A stretch of DNA of 64,000 nt, taken from NCBI GenBank assembly GCA_043228905.1, contig JBHGNT010000011.1, positions 14,508,001 to 14,572,000 on the forward strand, read 5' to 3'. The translations under genes and the position numbers were made by a program. Below, one piece after another: positions 1-12,664 of this stretch (its first letter is position 1; every line of letters begins with the position of its first letter). The notes under the pieces were generated by a model that was not told the DNA's origin, did no database searches, and saw nothing but the letters and a program-made list of their open reading frames with translations. Source of the stretch: Azolla caroliniana. Taxonomy: Eukaryota > Plantae > Polypodiophyta.

Positions 1-164
1 GGATTGTACTATATGCTAGAATATATAGTACTAAACTATTATATATAAATACATGCTCACATCCAAATGGTTAGACATTATGTCTTGTTGAAGTGAGGTT
101 GTAGGTTCAATCCTCACCAACTAAGTATTTGATGCCACTGTATCGTGACATTATCCTCCCCTTT
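1..164 (-). mobile_element. Probable 3' LTR start and polypurine tract of an LTR retrotransposon, running off the window
   Basis: Minus strand reads AAAGGGGAGGATAA (PPT, 151-164) immediately followed by TGTCAC (LTR terminus at 150). Confidence 0.5.
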
Positions 165-222
165 ACGACCGCCTTTTCGTCAGCGTGGTGCAAGGGTGAG
201 CGGGAATTGGAGCACCAACAGA

Positions 223-420
223 CGTGAGCGACCATGTGTGGTCCTCACTGAAGACGGGAACACCGAAGAGCGTGTGCGACCATGTGCGGTCCTCATCAGG
301 AACACGAATGGGCGTGAGCGACCATGCGGCCCTCACCGGGAACTCGAACACGAACAGTAGTGAGCGACCATGCCGTCTTCACTGAGAACTGGAACATGAA
401 CGACCATGTGTGGTCCTCTT
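223..420. repeat. Degenerate ~42-48-bp GC-rich tandem repeat, about 5 copies
   Basis: Core GTGAGCGACCATG(TG)CGGTCCTCA recurs at ~223, 271, 313, 360 and 401, just internal to the PPT. Confidence 0.85.
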
Positions 421-1855
421 GAACTCTTGACCTCTTGTATTATAGTCAAATTATGTTCTAACCAATACATCCAAATACAAGGTCGTATTAGGTATATCTT
501 AGTAGATTATTAGTATATTATCTATTTCAAGTTCTAGGAGTTTTTAGAAGGTTCTAGAACTAGAGGGTTCTAGAATATTCTCCCAAACATTCTAATGCAT
601 GTACTTCGACTCATAGTATAAATACTTGTAACCTCCTTGGTTCCTTTCCATGGATTCAACACCAGTCATTGACACATCAATCTAGTCTTCTCGTTTCGCC
701 CCATCTGGTCTCCTTCTTCATCTCTGTCTTCATGGCACTCTCATGTTGCTCACAACTTCTAAAGTTTTGCGGTTGGTCATCCATGCTCCATCGTAGTTTT
801 GCGGTTGTTGTGTTTGTGACAACCATTGGGAGTAACCATTGGGGTGGCTAGCCATTGGGACTATCTATTGGGACTAAGTTGTCCTGACCTAGGGTGGCGC
901 CTTCTTTGAGATTGGATTGGGCTCCCTCGTGAGTCCCAATCCATTTTGGATTGTGTTCCAGTTGGGACATATTAGGGACACCACATAGTGAATCATATGC
1001 CAATGGTATGCATTGATGGATCAAATTGCTAAATTGGAACAAAGAATAAGAATGCATGTCTATTGTGAAACAAAATCCACTTCATACGTTCTAAGGACAA
1101 ATCCATAAATGGTTTAAAAAATCACTCATGAATACATGGGTATGCAATTGTCCAAACAAGAATATACGGAAATTAGATATTTGTACTTTCTAAACAAGGG
1201 GGGCGGGGATCACATTTCAAAATTGCAAGGGGGTAATGATTTTATCCTGATAGTTTATTGTAGGATGAGTAATACAACACGATAACTTATTGTAGGATGA
1301 GTAAAACAACATTGTTACGTGCAAATGCACAATATGATGCATTGGTTGTTCTTATGTGTTGAACTATGGATTAAGTTACAAGGTGGAGGGACAAAAAGAG
1401 AAGTAAAATAGTAATTCACATAAAAAAGATGCACTTTTAAATAATAAAAATTGACAAACCCAACCAAACTCGCTAGAAAGCCAAGTCATTTATAAGGATC
1501 AAAGCTCCTTTTAAGGTTCCCCAAAAACAACAGAGTGAACTTTCAATTATTGTTATCGAGTCATGATATGGCCATGTGGATTGAAAACCCCATAGAAAGA
1601 CCATGATATCGAACACATTATTAACATATGAATGTATCCCTTAGCTATATGTGATTCGAACATCAATATTTGCACTTTAGAGCTGCTATATGGGCTCCAT
1701 CTCCCATGTTATGTACCAATATCTATTCCTCATATTGGAATATCTATTGCCTATTTCGATAGCATATGAAAGTTAATTGGTGATGGATCTAGACCTTATG
1801 GCAAGATCTTATTCAATGTTGGTGAACATTTTCCTTGACACTAGTACCATGATTG

Positions 1856-2557
1856 TGTTGGGATCGGGACCGTCCACAACTGGTTGACGTATACGTGTTC
1901 AGGTGCAAAGACAGAGATAAATTTGCACAAACACACAGAAAACGAAATAGATACAAAGACACAGATGTTTACGTGAAAAGCCCGAAAGGGAAAAAGCCAC
2001 AGGAGTCCTCAAACTCCGAACTAGATCACTATAAGGAGGAGTACAATGAGAAGCTTCAAGGCAACAACCTTAAGCTCTCCTTCGTCAAACTAACGGCCAT
2101 AGTGTTACTCACTAACTCTCACTCTCTCACAGTTATAGAGGCAACTACCTTTTGTGTAACTATACAACTATAATGATTCAACTACTATCCATAAAGTTTG
2201 CCCTAGTTGTATTTATACATATTAGAAGCTTCAAGGTAACAACCTTAAGCTCTCCTTCGTAAGACTGACGGCCATAGTGTTACTCGCTAACTCTCACTCT
2301 CTCACAATTATAGAGGCAACTACCTACAACTATAATGATTCAACTACTATCCATAAAGTTTTCCCTAGTTGTATTTATACATGTACAACTTTCTGGTTAT
2401 TTACATACATAGCCCACAAGGGGCACATTTAGACTATTTACACATATGGTCTCTCAATTTCGGTTTCGATTTCCGATTTCCACCTCAATTGAAATACTCA
2501 TTGACTCCATCCGATTCGGTTCATTCTCTTCCATGTGGAGGAACATGTTTCCCAACA
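1856..2557 (-). mobile_element. Solo LTR with an internal tandem duplication
   Basis: Termini TGTTGGGA (1856) and TCCCAACA (2557). 5-bp flanks GATTG/TATTG match 4/5. Internal duplication 2049-2220 / 2224-2382, each copy carrying a minus-strand TATAAATA. Confidence 0.8.
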
Positions 2558-2802
2558 TATTGTGGTTGTGATCATCTTGTATGTTATTGGTGTTAAGAAA
2601 TAATTCATGCTTTCGTTTTTTTTTTGTGAGAGTATATGAGACATTGTGTGGAATCATCTTATAGTAAACGTTCCGAAAGCATTCACATGCAACCTTCTTC
2701 GGCACAACCTTTGTACCGTATACACTAGTTTGCATACTAATTGTTTGTGTGGGTTACAATTAGAGGATGTTCCCATTTGGATTGTTCTTATCTACCACCA
2801 AG

Positions 2803-3081
2803 CTAATGTAATTTGAAAACTATATATGTGGAAAGATATTGTTCTGTAGAACCTTTAGATCTATGAAATTCATTCTTAACGAAAAGGGTCTCAAAGTAGG
2901 ATGACCATCTTGTTGTGTTACTTGCAAGCCTAAGACATTTCAACCACTTCCATTCACAAATACACAATAAGACTTTAGAGGTGTCGAACCATAAACTAAT
3001 CCCCATGTTCTTATGTGCCACATAATGTAAGAAGAGGTGAATCATAGCCATAATAAAAGGGAATGGCAGTATTGGTTTCAA
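2803..3081 (-). pseudogene. Degenerate hAT-like transposase fragment
   Basis: ORF contains LRLASNTTRWSSYF, resembling the hAT TRW(N/S)S motif. The surroundings are decayed. Confidence 0.35.
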
Positions 3082-6000
3082 AATATTTGAAGGGGCTCAA
3101 GTTTGAAAGCAACGATTTAGCAAAAATAATATTGTTATAACTTATGGCCTACTAATCTTCTTTAAAACATGTCATAGTTGTGCAATTCACTACCATGTGT
3201 AATCAGCATATAATCTTTTTTTCCCTTCTTTCTTCTAGTCTAGTCTCTTCTTCAACTTCGTCCTCTCCTCAAGCCTATTTTAATGGGGAAAATTACATAT
3301 TCCCTTAATTTTGTACATGTTTCCGTATGTCAAGGTTTATTGAACTATCCATCAAATTCACTACTGATGATATATAATGCACATACAACAATCGTCTATT
3401 TCAAATCCAGGTAGCAGTCATGGTTGCATTCTAGAAGTTTGGATAAGGAACACAACATAATATGGTTCTTTAACCAATTTCCCTACCGAGAGAAAAACAC
3501 TTACATGATTGCCTTCCTTCATAAACAAATATTCTTTGAAGAATTAAAAGGCGCCTCTATTTCATCATAAATAAAGTATTCACAATTCTTGAGTCCAAGG
3601 GAAATGGTTTTAGTCACTAATTTCACTACGTTTTCGCATCACACTTGTGTTATTGATTTCATTGTTTATTCTATTGTTTTAGCCATAACTTTATGTTAAG
3701 TTTGATGGTGCTTTATCTATAGTTGTAACTTGTAGCTTATATATTTATTCATTGTTTTTAATGTGTATACATGCTTAATGATACAAGCCTAAATTAAAAA
3801 GCTTTCTCGATTTATACGGTGTCACTTGGCACAATACAATGTTTCAAACCATGTGATATAAAATATCACCACAATTTATTGGCTACATGGAGAGTTGTGA
3901 AACGTATCAATCTTTTAGTTTTCCCTATACTTAAAGCCTGCTTCCATCGATTTCTATCCTTAGATGGTTTCCTATAAGTAGTAAGACATCGCACACTAAA
4001 GCATACTCTAAACAAGCACGACTTTTACACAAAACAAAATAATGTTTACCAATCCTCACAAAATTTAATGTAGTTAATCTTTGTGAATACTTCTTTTGTC
4101 TAAACGTGATAGAGAAGTGGCAAAGATTGTGCTTTTATAATGTTAAGGTTGTATATTGAAGTCCCAAATCGACAAGTTTGATGTTGTGGGCTGTAAAAAT
4201 CATTCGTAGTTTAGGTTCAAGGTTATTAACTAATAACAAGTTATAGCAATCAATCATGGTTTAAGTTCAAGATTGTTAACAATAACAATTTGCTTTCCTA
4301 AATGCTCTTTCTTGTAACAATCCATCCCATCTATAGGTTTAAGTAGTTCATGAAAATTAACATGTTTTCCCTTGTGAATAGTCAAATAATATAGTTTAAA
4401 TGGAATTTTTCCATCTCTCTCTATTTTTTTGCTTTAACCCATAATTTATCCCAACTTTGGCCTCACTAATTTTCTTTGTTTGAATTTGTACCTTTCTTTG
4501 TAACATTATAGATGCAAATTGTTTATTGTTCGTATCAAGGATGTTCGTAGGACTTCAATCAAATAATCATATTTCAATATACAAGAATTGTGACATGTAC
4601 CTAAATTAGTGTGTCAAGGACCACACGGTGTTGAAAAGGTGATTGCATGTGTACATGAAGCATGAATAGCACGACTATTTACACTTGTTATTGGAAGTTT
4701 ATATCCATAACTATCTTTAATTTTCCCCAATTTTAAACTCTCATCCAACGTAGCTCCACTCAAATGGTAGAGTATATCTTTTTCGACAAAGTAAACAATA
4801 TTATTAAAGCATATTCTTATATGTAGAACCTTTACTATGATAGCCCCACTATATACAAAGCCAAGTATTTTAAGCATTGGCATATTCTCCTCGAATATGG
4901 GGGAAAGGGAGAATAGATGTTAGGCACTAACCAACTAGAATGAATACCTGAAGCTCGCCCTATGAGTAACCAATCCTACTACACAACTAAGTTTTTCCCA
5001 AGATGATCAAGAAAAAGGTCATAAAAGATACATAGTAATAAGTATTATGAGGGGCAAAATTTAAATGTTGGGTTTAGAATTGAATTAAAATGATCATCTA
5101 ACAAAACAAACTCGTAGTTAGTGGTTGAGTGGCCACTAGAAAAAACAATGAAATAGATGGGAAACAAAAATGGCTGTTAATTTGCTATGCAACCAGAATG
5201 ATTGCATGTTAGCATATAGAAACCAAAGTCTTTGGTCACAATCACAATCACACAAATCAAGGTGGATGTGGAACTCTTGTCATTTGGGAATCCAAGATTT
5301 TGATTCATTTTCAACTTTAGCGTGCTAAAATATTGAAGCCACGATATTATGTGAAGAAAGTACTTTAGATATGGCTGGATCAAGTTTCAACACACCATGC
5401 ATTTCAAATCCTTTTGTTTATAATGACTCTTTAGCAGCAAATACATTGATTTTACGAAATATTTAGCATGCAATTCATTATTTATTTTAGTTTTTTTCCA
5501 AAAAAGGCACTACTTTCCCATTAGTTAGGAGAGTTTTTTTATAGAAAGGCTCACAATGTGGCTGCACAACTCAAAGCAAATGTATTGGCCGTGCCATCCG
5601 TTAAAAAGAGACTCACATATATATTGGGGTGTCCCCCCCCCCCCGAGTTCGAGAATATGAGAAAGCACCTATGGCCGAGTTCCAAAATATTCAGCTACCA
5701 ATGACATTCTACGAGTAAATAGTATATCATTGTTTTATAGACATTCCTAAACAAGCCTAACTTTGCCATAATGTACATTTGCCATCTTCATTAATGGCAA
5801 TTCTTCGGGTTATAGGGTTACAAGTATTGATCCATATTGTCATCAGGAATATTATGACAACTATACACAGTATCTCGTTGATAAAAAATACACACATAAT
5901 TATTTGTGCAATCGTATCACTGCCTTCAAATTGTCTTTTCCATAAATAATAACAACTATTTGAGCATTTGCAACCTCGAGTTCATTACTAGCTTCCTTGA

Positions 6001-6479
6001 AATGAAAAAGTTCATTTCTGAATCATGGAAAGTTCCACATTTTCTCCTTCGGACTAGATGTAGATAAACTAAACTTTTTCTACATGTTTCTTGGGATGCT
6101 ATCCATACACATTGCACGTGCAAGTGATCAAATGGGTTCTATAAGTGGGCATGTTATATAATAATCTACTTATGACATAGAGAACGAGAGAACTTAGAGA
6201 TACGATTATAAATTATAATGATGCATTAATGTCCATGGACACCAACATGGCCCATGTGATCAACAACCCATACAACGTACTCTTACTCATTCTATAGACG
6301 GGAAACTTTAAATTGTAGAACAAAAAGAAAATGTAAAAGTTGAAAAGAAAAACCAAACTAGTTGCCGAATTTCCCTATTGGGTTTGCTATTGTGGTCAAG
6401 TAGAAAACCAAAGACCATGATTGTGTCATCAACAATGAATGTGTCCTCTATAGGAGTGCTATAGGAGTTCTTGAAAGCT

Positions 6480-6660
6480 AGTACAATCCTTTAGGAATCC
6501 TTGAAATCACGCTCAATGTTCTCATATGTGAGGCATTCCAAAATGATACGAACTTTTGTTTCTAGTGCATTGGACTACATAGGTCAAGCATTTTCTTTCT
6601 CCACTGAATATTTGGCCAAACCTTAATTTCTATTTCCAATGTATGTGAGTATGTTTGCAT
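6480..6660 (-). mobile_element. Heavily decayed C-terminal zinc-knuckle region of an RTE-like LINE
   Basis: Minus strand gives fragments LEIEI..., ALETKVRIILECLTYENI, paralleling LEIECGR...EDEYHFTCKCPTYAEIR in the LINE at 37725-38312. Confidence 0.4.
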
Positions 6661-7761
6661 CAATGTAAATTTTTGGCATCGACTAACGGCTAGCAATAAT
6701 GTTCTCAATGTGAGTAGGAATGTCAGTTTTTGGCATCAGTTAATTGCTACCAATAATGTTCTCAATGAGAGTATTCCTATGGTTGCAAAATACTATCCAA
6801 ACTTTCAACATGTGTTCGGCTTAATGCCCATTAGTGTGGAGAGCTTCCAATGTGGTTAAGTAAACTATGGATTTTTGCACAAGTGTTTCTTGTGTTTCTT
6901 TTGTTTCCTCTGCATACACATCCAAAATATTCTTGCAAACAAATTTCTGAATCTCATTTATCATACGAAAGAAAGATGCTTTTTATGGTTTTTTTATTGT
7001 TGGCATTGTATTCCCATGTGGCCTTAGTAAGGCATCATCTTTTGCGTTGTTTCCACTTGTACGCTTGTTGGCAAGAATAAATGTATATCGGCCTTCTTCT
7101 TGTTTCTCCAATAATTTAATAAACATGTCTTACATAATTGACATCGATGATGATGTAAAATATGAAATGTGAATGTGCACACACAATCATTGACACACTT
7201 TCTCTTGAGTTGATTCTTCATTCGACATGATGATGATGCTCCACTATACAATAATCTAACGAATATGGTTTGCATAATTGATGTTGATGATCCACAAAAC
7301 AAATATGCTTTTGCATTGTTAAAACATCATAGTATATGAGTGCAAAGAAAGACCAAGTATACACATCGCTCGTTAATCTATAAAATTAATATGGTTCCCA
7401 ACTAAAATTATTGCAAAATCTAAATCCTCAAAACTACATTTGTCACGTAGTGGACACGGTTTTCACATTCCCAATTGGATACATTTTGCAAATGTGAATT
7501 TGTGATTCTTACATTTAACATTTGATCAACAAGTCAATATTTTTATATAGAAACTTCGAAGAATATGTACACATATACAACGCTATATTTGTGGAATGCC
7601 ATAAGACAAAGATAAACAATGTGGTCATCCAATAAAAAAGGTTCTAATTCAAGGGGACAACTTAACATCATGCAATAGAAAAAGCAAAACTTATTATTTT
7701 TCACCTTGACTGCACCATTTGTTGGAAGAAATCCACATTTGGAGGAAGAGGCCATGCCATA

Positions 7762-7817
7762 TAAGTTGTCTCACCATCCTACTCAACTTAAGTTGAGTAG
7801 GATGGTGAGACAACTTA
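7762..7817. repeat. Perfect 56-bp palindrome with no spacer
   Basis: TAAGTTGTCTCACCATCCTACTCAACTT|AAGTTGAGTAGGATGGTGAGACAACTTA; the arms are exact reverse complements. Confidence 0.95.
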
Positions 7818-10110
7818 AGATGTTAAAAGCTAGATAAGAAAGTATGCCAGATTATATTGTTGTCTTGAGTAGACTCTTGAGTCCAATGATGTCAATAAAC
7901 AAAGCTAATATTACATTCTTTCAATCAAAGACATGAGTTCCGGAGATCAATTAACACTTGGCATAGGTGGACGGCCTTCCTCTTCTTTTACTTTTACCTT
8001 TGACACCACAATTTCAAGTTTGGGGCATATTCTTCAAATGTATACTTTTGGAGTGGAAGCACTATATCCAACATTGTTGCCACTTTTCCTTTGCAAATAT
8101 ATTAGATAAGTATGTAACGTGCATTGAATCCGTAACTGATGGGTGGACTTACTTGAGTGCGCTGGGAAGCAAAACACATATCATACGCAAAAAACAAGAG
8201 GGGAGGAGCACGTCTTACACAAGCAAATTGCCATCACCTCACATATCCCATTGACGTTCACATAGTATCACGGTTCCCATTGACATTCTTTAAGTATATA
8301 TACATTTCTTGTTCTCCCAAGATCACATATCTCCTTGCTAGATATGTAGTACATTCATCATATAATCTATGCATTGCTCTCTCTATTCCTCTCTCTCTCT
8401 GCGTGGACCCCACTACAACTAGCATCCTCTTCCAGATGAATTATTTATTTTACTTTGACAACTATACACTTTTACTCATGCCACACTCCCTAACATTTAC
8501 CTCCTAACACATAAAGTTGTCTTTATAATATATAATATACATACATGCACTTTCATCCATTTTGGATCCAATCATTGTTCCCAGATTATCACCTCATTCG
8601 TCGAAAATGGTGATTACTATGATCTTGTCTTCCTAAGTTGATGCTCTCACAAAAGTAATTATTTATTTAGAGTTTGAGCATGTTAGAGTTTCCTATAAGG
8701 AAAGCAAGATTTATCTGAAATTCTTTTAAAAGTTGTTGTATTTCGTCATATTTGTATTATGTTCTATTTTTTACATTGATGACCAAGTCCAAGGGGTTAG
8801 TTCAACCATAACTATATATATTACATTGTGGAAATCGAGAAAATAAAAAAGAACGCTTGATCTTGGCGGTGCTTTAATCTATCTAATGGACAAATGTATC
8901 TTCACAAGATTGAACAAAAATTCTGACCTGCCTCAAAAATGACAATCATTAAAGACAAAAAGAAGAAGCTTCAAAACACATGCTTACAACTAGTGGGCAA
9001 AGAACATAAACCTTCTAATTGGAAAACAACAATGCGAACCTTTGAGACAAGGAGAGTAAGTGTGACACATATGCAATGATGATTCCAATGACTCATCATT
9101 ACATAAAAAACATTCAAACTAAAGAATATAAAGTCTTCCTGAGTCCTAGTAAGAAAGGGAATGAGAGATATCTACATGTAATTAAACAATGAAATCAATA
9201 CATCGATATTTAGACCGGAAAAATAGAGATCCATAGTCTTTCACTATGAAACATAATTACACCACCTACTAGCCATGCCCTCAAAGGGTATGCCCTAAAA
9301 CACCTATGCACTCTTCTGTGTGTTGTTCTATGTCCTGAAACAAGAAAAGCAATACAATTGTGTATTTGTTTATGCCAAAGCCCCCACCACAACCCAAAAA
9401 GCAACAAAGAAAAAGAAGTTGTTAATCTTCATGACATTTGCATCATTGTTCTGTTTCTTTGTTTACTCGCTACTTTATGTCAAGTCTATGTTGGTCCATT
9501 AATTGCAAAATGTTAATTATGTTTATTGTTTTGATTTTGTACACACATTTAAAGTATGTTCACATCACCATGGTATGGAGATCATTTGTGATATACATAT
9601 ATGAGAGTGTAATAGTGGTCCCAAGAAGGCAAAGTGGTATTAAAACAATAGAAGGAAGGTGATTACATGAATGTGGAAGCATGAATGCCACGATGAGGAA
9701 GATGTGCATTACCATTATTAGATCAATCCATTTTCTACCATTTCCTATATTAATGTGTAAGGCACCACAATTTCACCGTAATGACACTATATAAGTAAGT
9801 CTCTATGTGTTTAGACATTTGCAATTGGATTGCCCAACTAGCAAATGAAGTTAAAGCATTGAGTGAGATTCTTGTACATTATCTTCATTGTGATACTCTA
9901 TCAAGATTGTGTGTTCTAAGAAGTATACAAGCATATAACAACAATTTGACAATGTTTGAGTTCATTTTTCAAGGTTTGGAACTTGTTGTATATCTGTATG
10001 AGCCTATGGTATACTAGGAGTGATCTAGGTTCAATGTATTACTGTAGAAAATCACATTAACGAGGTTATATCTTGATTAATAGGATAGAAAACAGGTGGT
10101 ACATCTATTG

Positions 10111-12664
10111 TTTTTTTTTTCCAAAAAAAAACTCCTTCTATTAGTTATAAAATTTTACATATGAGATTAATATATACAAATCCTTGTAGGGACATGATAG
10201 GTCCATCTTATGTGGATGCCCACTGACTCAATAAAAGGGAAGGTCGACCATTGTTGGATGAAGGCTAGTCATTGTCTTTCAACTCCATCAGAGTCGCCCT
10301 TGAGGTCATCATATTGGCTTTTTAGCATGGCTACAACTTCACTCCATATCTCTTGCATTAACACTATTGGTTGCACGGTTTGGTTGGAGAACACCCGTCT
10401 ACACCGTTGTTTCCATTGGGCTGACCAATTCCAACACAACTTGAGATTTGGCATTGATAGGAGTTGAGTGGACATTGTTGATGGTAGAGAAAAAAACATC
10501 CTGTGCTTTTATCACCAAAACCATCCCCTCCTCATGATGTTCGTATATGTCAAGTGGGGTCTGCCATGATAGCCAACATATATTTCCCCACTTGATTAAG
10601 CCTTGCACCTGACATAATTGCAATAAGTGGCAAACCCTCTGCCATATTCGATGGGACTCTGGGCAGTCCCACAAAGCGTGTCGGATTGATTCTATTGCAT
10701 TTGGGCACATTACACAATTAGGAGAGCTAAGGTTCCCACATTGCCATGTACCAACTGGTAGTGACCTATGTATTAATAGCCATTGGAATGTGGTGATTCG
10801 CTGTGTGTTGTTGTTTCCAATTTTTTTTCCAAAACTTGCTGATAATTATGTGAGGAACATGATATGTGTGCTAGACCCTTTGTAGCAGCCGGCTCTCAGG
10901 CGGTTTGAGCAGCTAGAATATGGCGACCCAATCTAGTTGTGAATTGAAAGAAAGGGATGGGTTTGCTTCCTTGCCCCGCATAAGGATCATGCCATGTCCA
11001 TTGCAAAGGGTCCCAACTAACCTTACGTAGCCATGTGTTTTCGTGAGTATATGTGCCAATTTGGTTGTACTTTGATAGGATCAGCATCTACAATCCATTT
11101 ATGCCCAGTATACGTTAGTACTCGAATTGCCTTATTCTGTGTTGGTGTCTCATTGTCTTGCAATTTAGAGCTTGCGATCCTGTCTAGTGTTTCCCTACCT
11201 CCGGGGATCAAAGAGCCCTCCTCCTCGTAGCCTATCCATTTCTCTATTGTCGTCCTTTGATTAACAGCTTCCCTAATCAGTAGACTGTTAATGATTTCAA
11301 ATCTCATAGCCCATCCGCCCCTAATTCCATAGAGTCTGTTGGCTTGGTCTTGTATTGGCAATGACATAAACCGTCTCCAACATTCTATACTTTTTCTTGG
11401 ACCTTCCACAATGTATCCCCATGACAACCCCTTACTTGATCCAATTAGTGGATTAGATTCATCTCTGATACATGGGTTCCATAGGATACATTGACTGAGC
11501 CAAGCAGGTTCAGAGTTAGGTTGATCGCACTTGAGCCCTCGTCTAATGTCACACCACGCCTTCCACATGGATGCATTGAATCTATCCTCCAATTGGCAGG
11601 AGAAACTAGGTTTGAGCTCCATGTTTAGAATCCATCCAGTTTGGGGGTCCCAATTGGCCCCTTTTTTTTGCTTAAAGTAAACGAAACGTAACCACAACTA
11701 CATTTTCCAGCAATCATTCTCTGGTTGGAGTCCTCGCACCACAAATTTGGCGAGTAAGGCTTTTGATTGTGAGAGGGGATCAAGAAGACCCAATCCTCCT
11801 CTCGACTTGGGTGATGTGAGTATAGGCCATGCCACCTTGGCCCGAGTTGCATGATCTTCCTTACCAGACCAAATGTAGTTGTGTACCAATCGTTGAATTT
11901 GGTGTATACTTTCCTTGGAGATTGTCCAACATGATAGGTTGTACCATAGTATGAACCATACGTACCATACGTGCATTCGCATTCGTGAATGTTGCAACCA
12001 TTTGCGTAAGAAAAACACGCTCAAAGAATGATAAATACCATACTTTTGGATTAACTATTTATAATGAGGTAAATAAGCCTAAAAAATGGAAAAAACATTT
12101 AAAAAAATGGGGAAAAAAACACAAGAATGTTTGAATAACATTCGCATTCATTTTCCAACGTAGGAAAATGAATGTTATGCCAGACGAACATGAATTTTAC
12201 GTACTATGGGATGTACCATGTTGTTGCGAGTAATACCTGATTTGCCACTATGATGCGCCCCGCTAGCGAGAGCTTTTTCGAACTCCAATATATCAACTTT
12301 TGTCGAATGGAGTGAATAATTGGTGCAATCATAGTCTCCGGAGGTATGTTGAACCCAATTTGGAAACCCAAATATTTGGTGCTTGCTCCTTGATTGATCC
12401 ACTTGAAAGCGGGATGGGGGTGCCACACAGGATATGCTTCATGAGAAAGCCATATTGCACAGGATTTGTGCCAATTGATCATGGGAAATTGGATCTCTTG
12501 CAAAATACATCTAAACCACTTTCTAGCTTTTGTAGATTTTCCGAGTCCCCTTGTAGGTAGACTGCGGTGTCATCTGCAAATTCAATATCCAAGAGGCTTT
12601 GGTGAGAATGCAACACCCTAAGATCACGTAGGTTTAGTTGTCGCGAGTTGAGAAAACTAGAGAG
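10111..12664 (-). mobile_element. 5'-truncated L1-clade LINE (RT C-terminal half plus zinc knuckle), disrupted
   Basis: Broken ORFs carry FADD, KYLGFQIG, LSLAGRIIVANQVL, KSRGGLGL and C..C...ESIRHALWDC. Poly(A) reads as T10 at 10111-10120. 14-bp TSD GGTACATCTATTGT at 10098-10111 and 12665-12678. Confidence 0.92.
11945..12208. mobile_element. hAT-type MITE inserted in the L1 ORF2
   Basis: TIRs CATAGTA(T/C)G...CGTACTATG. 8-bp TSD GGTTGTAC/GGATGTAC matches 7/8. Removal rejoins ATTWYI-LSCWTISK. Confidence 0.8.

Noticed and set aside
223-420. CRISPR-like repeat/spacer appearance
   Set aside because: The variable segments are homologous to each other, the repeats are degenerate, the context is eukaryotic and no cas genes are present.
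5850-7400. Possible SWIM/Mutator transposase relic (TCTCNVYG...KH on minus)
   Set aside because: Too decayed, with no TIRs or TSD found; not supportable as a feature.
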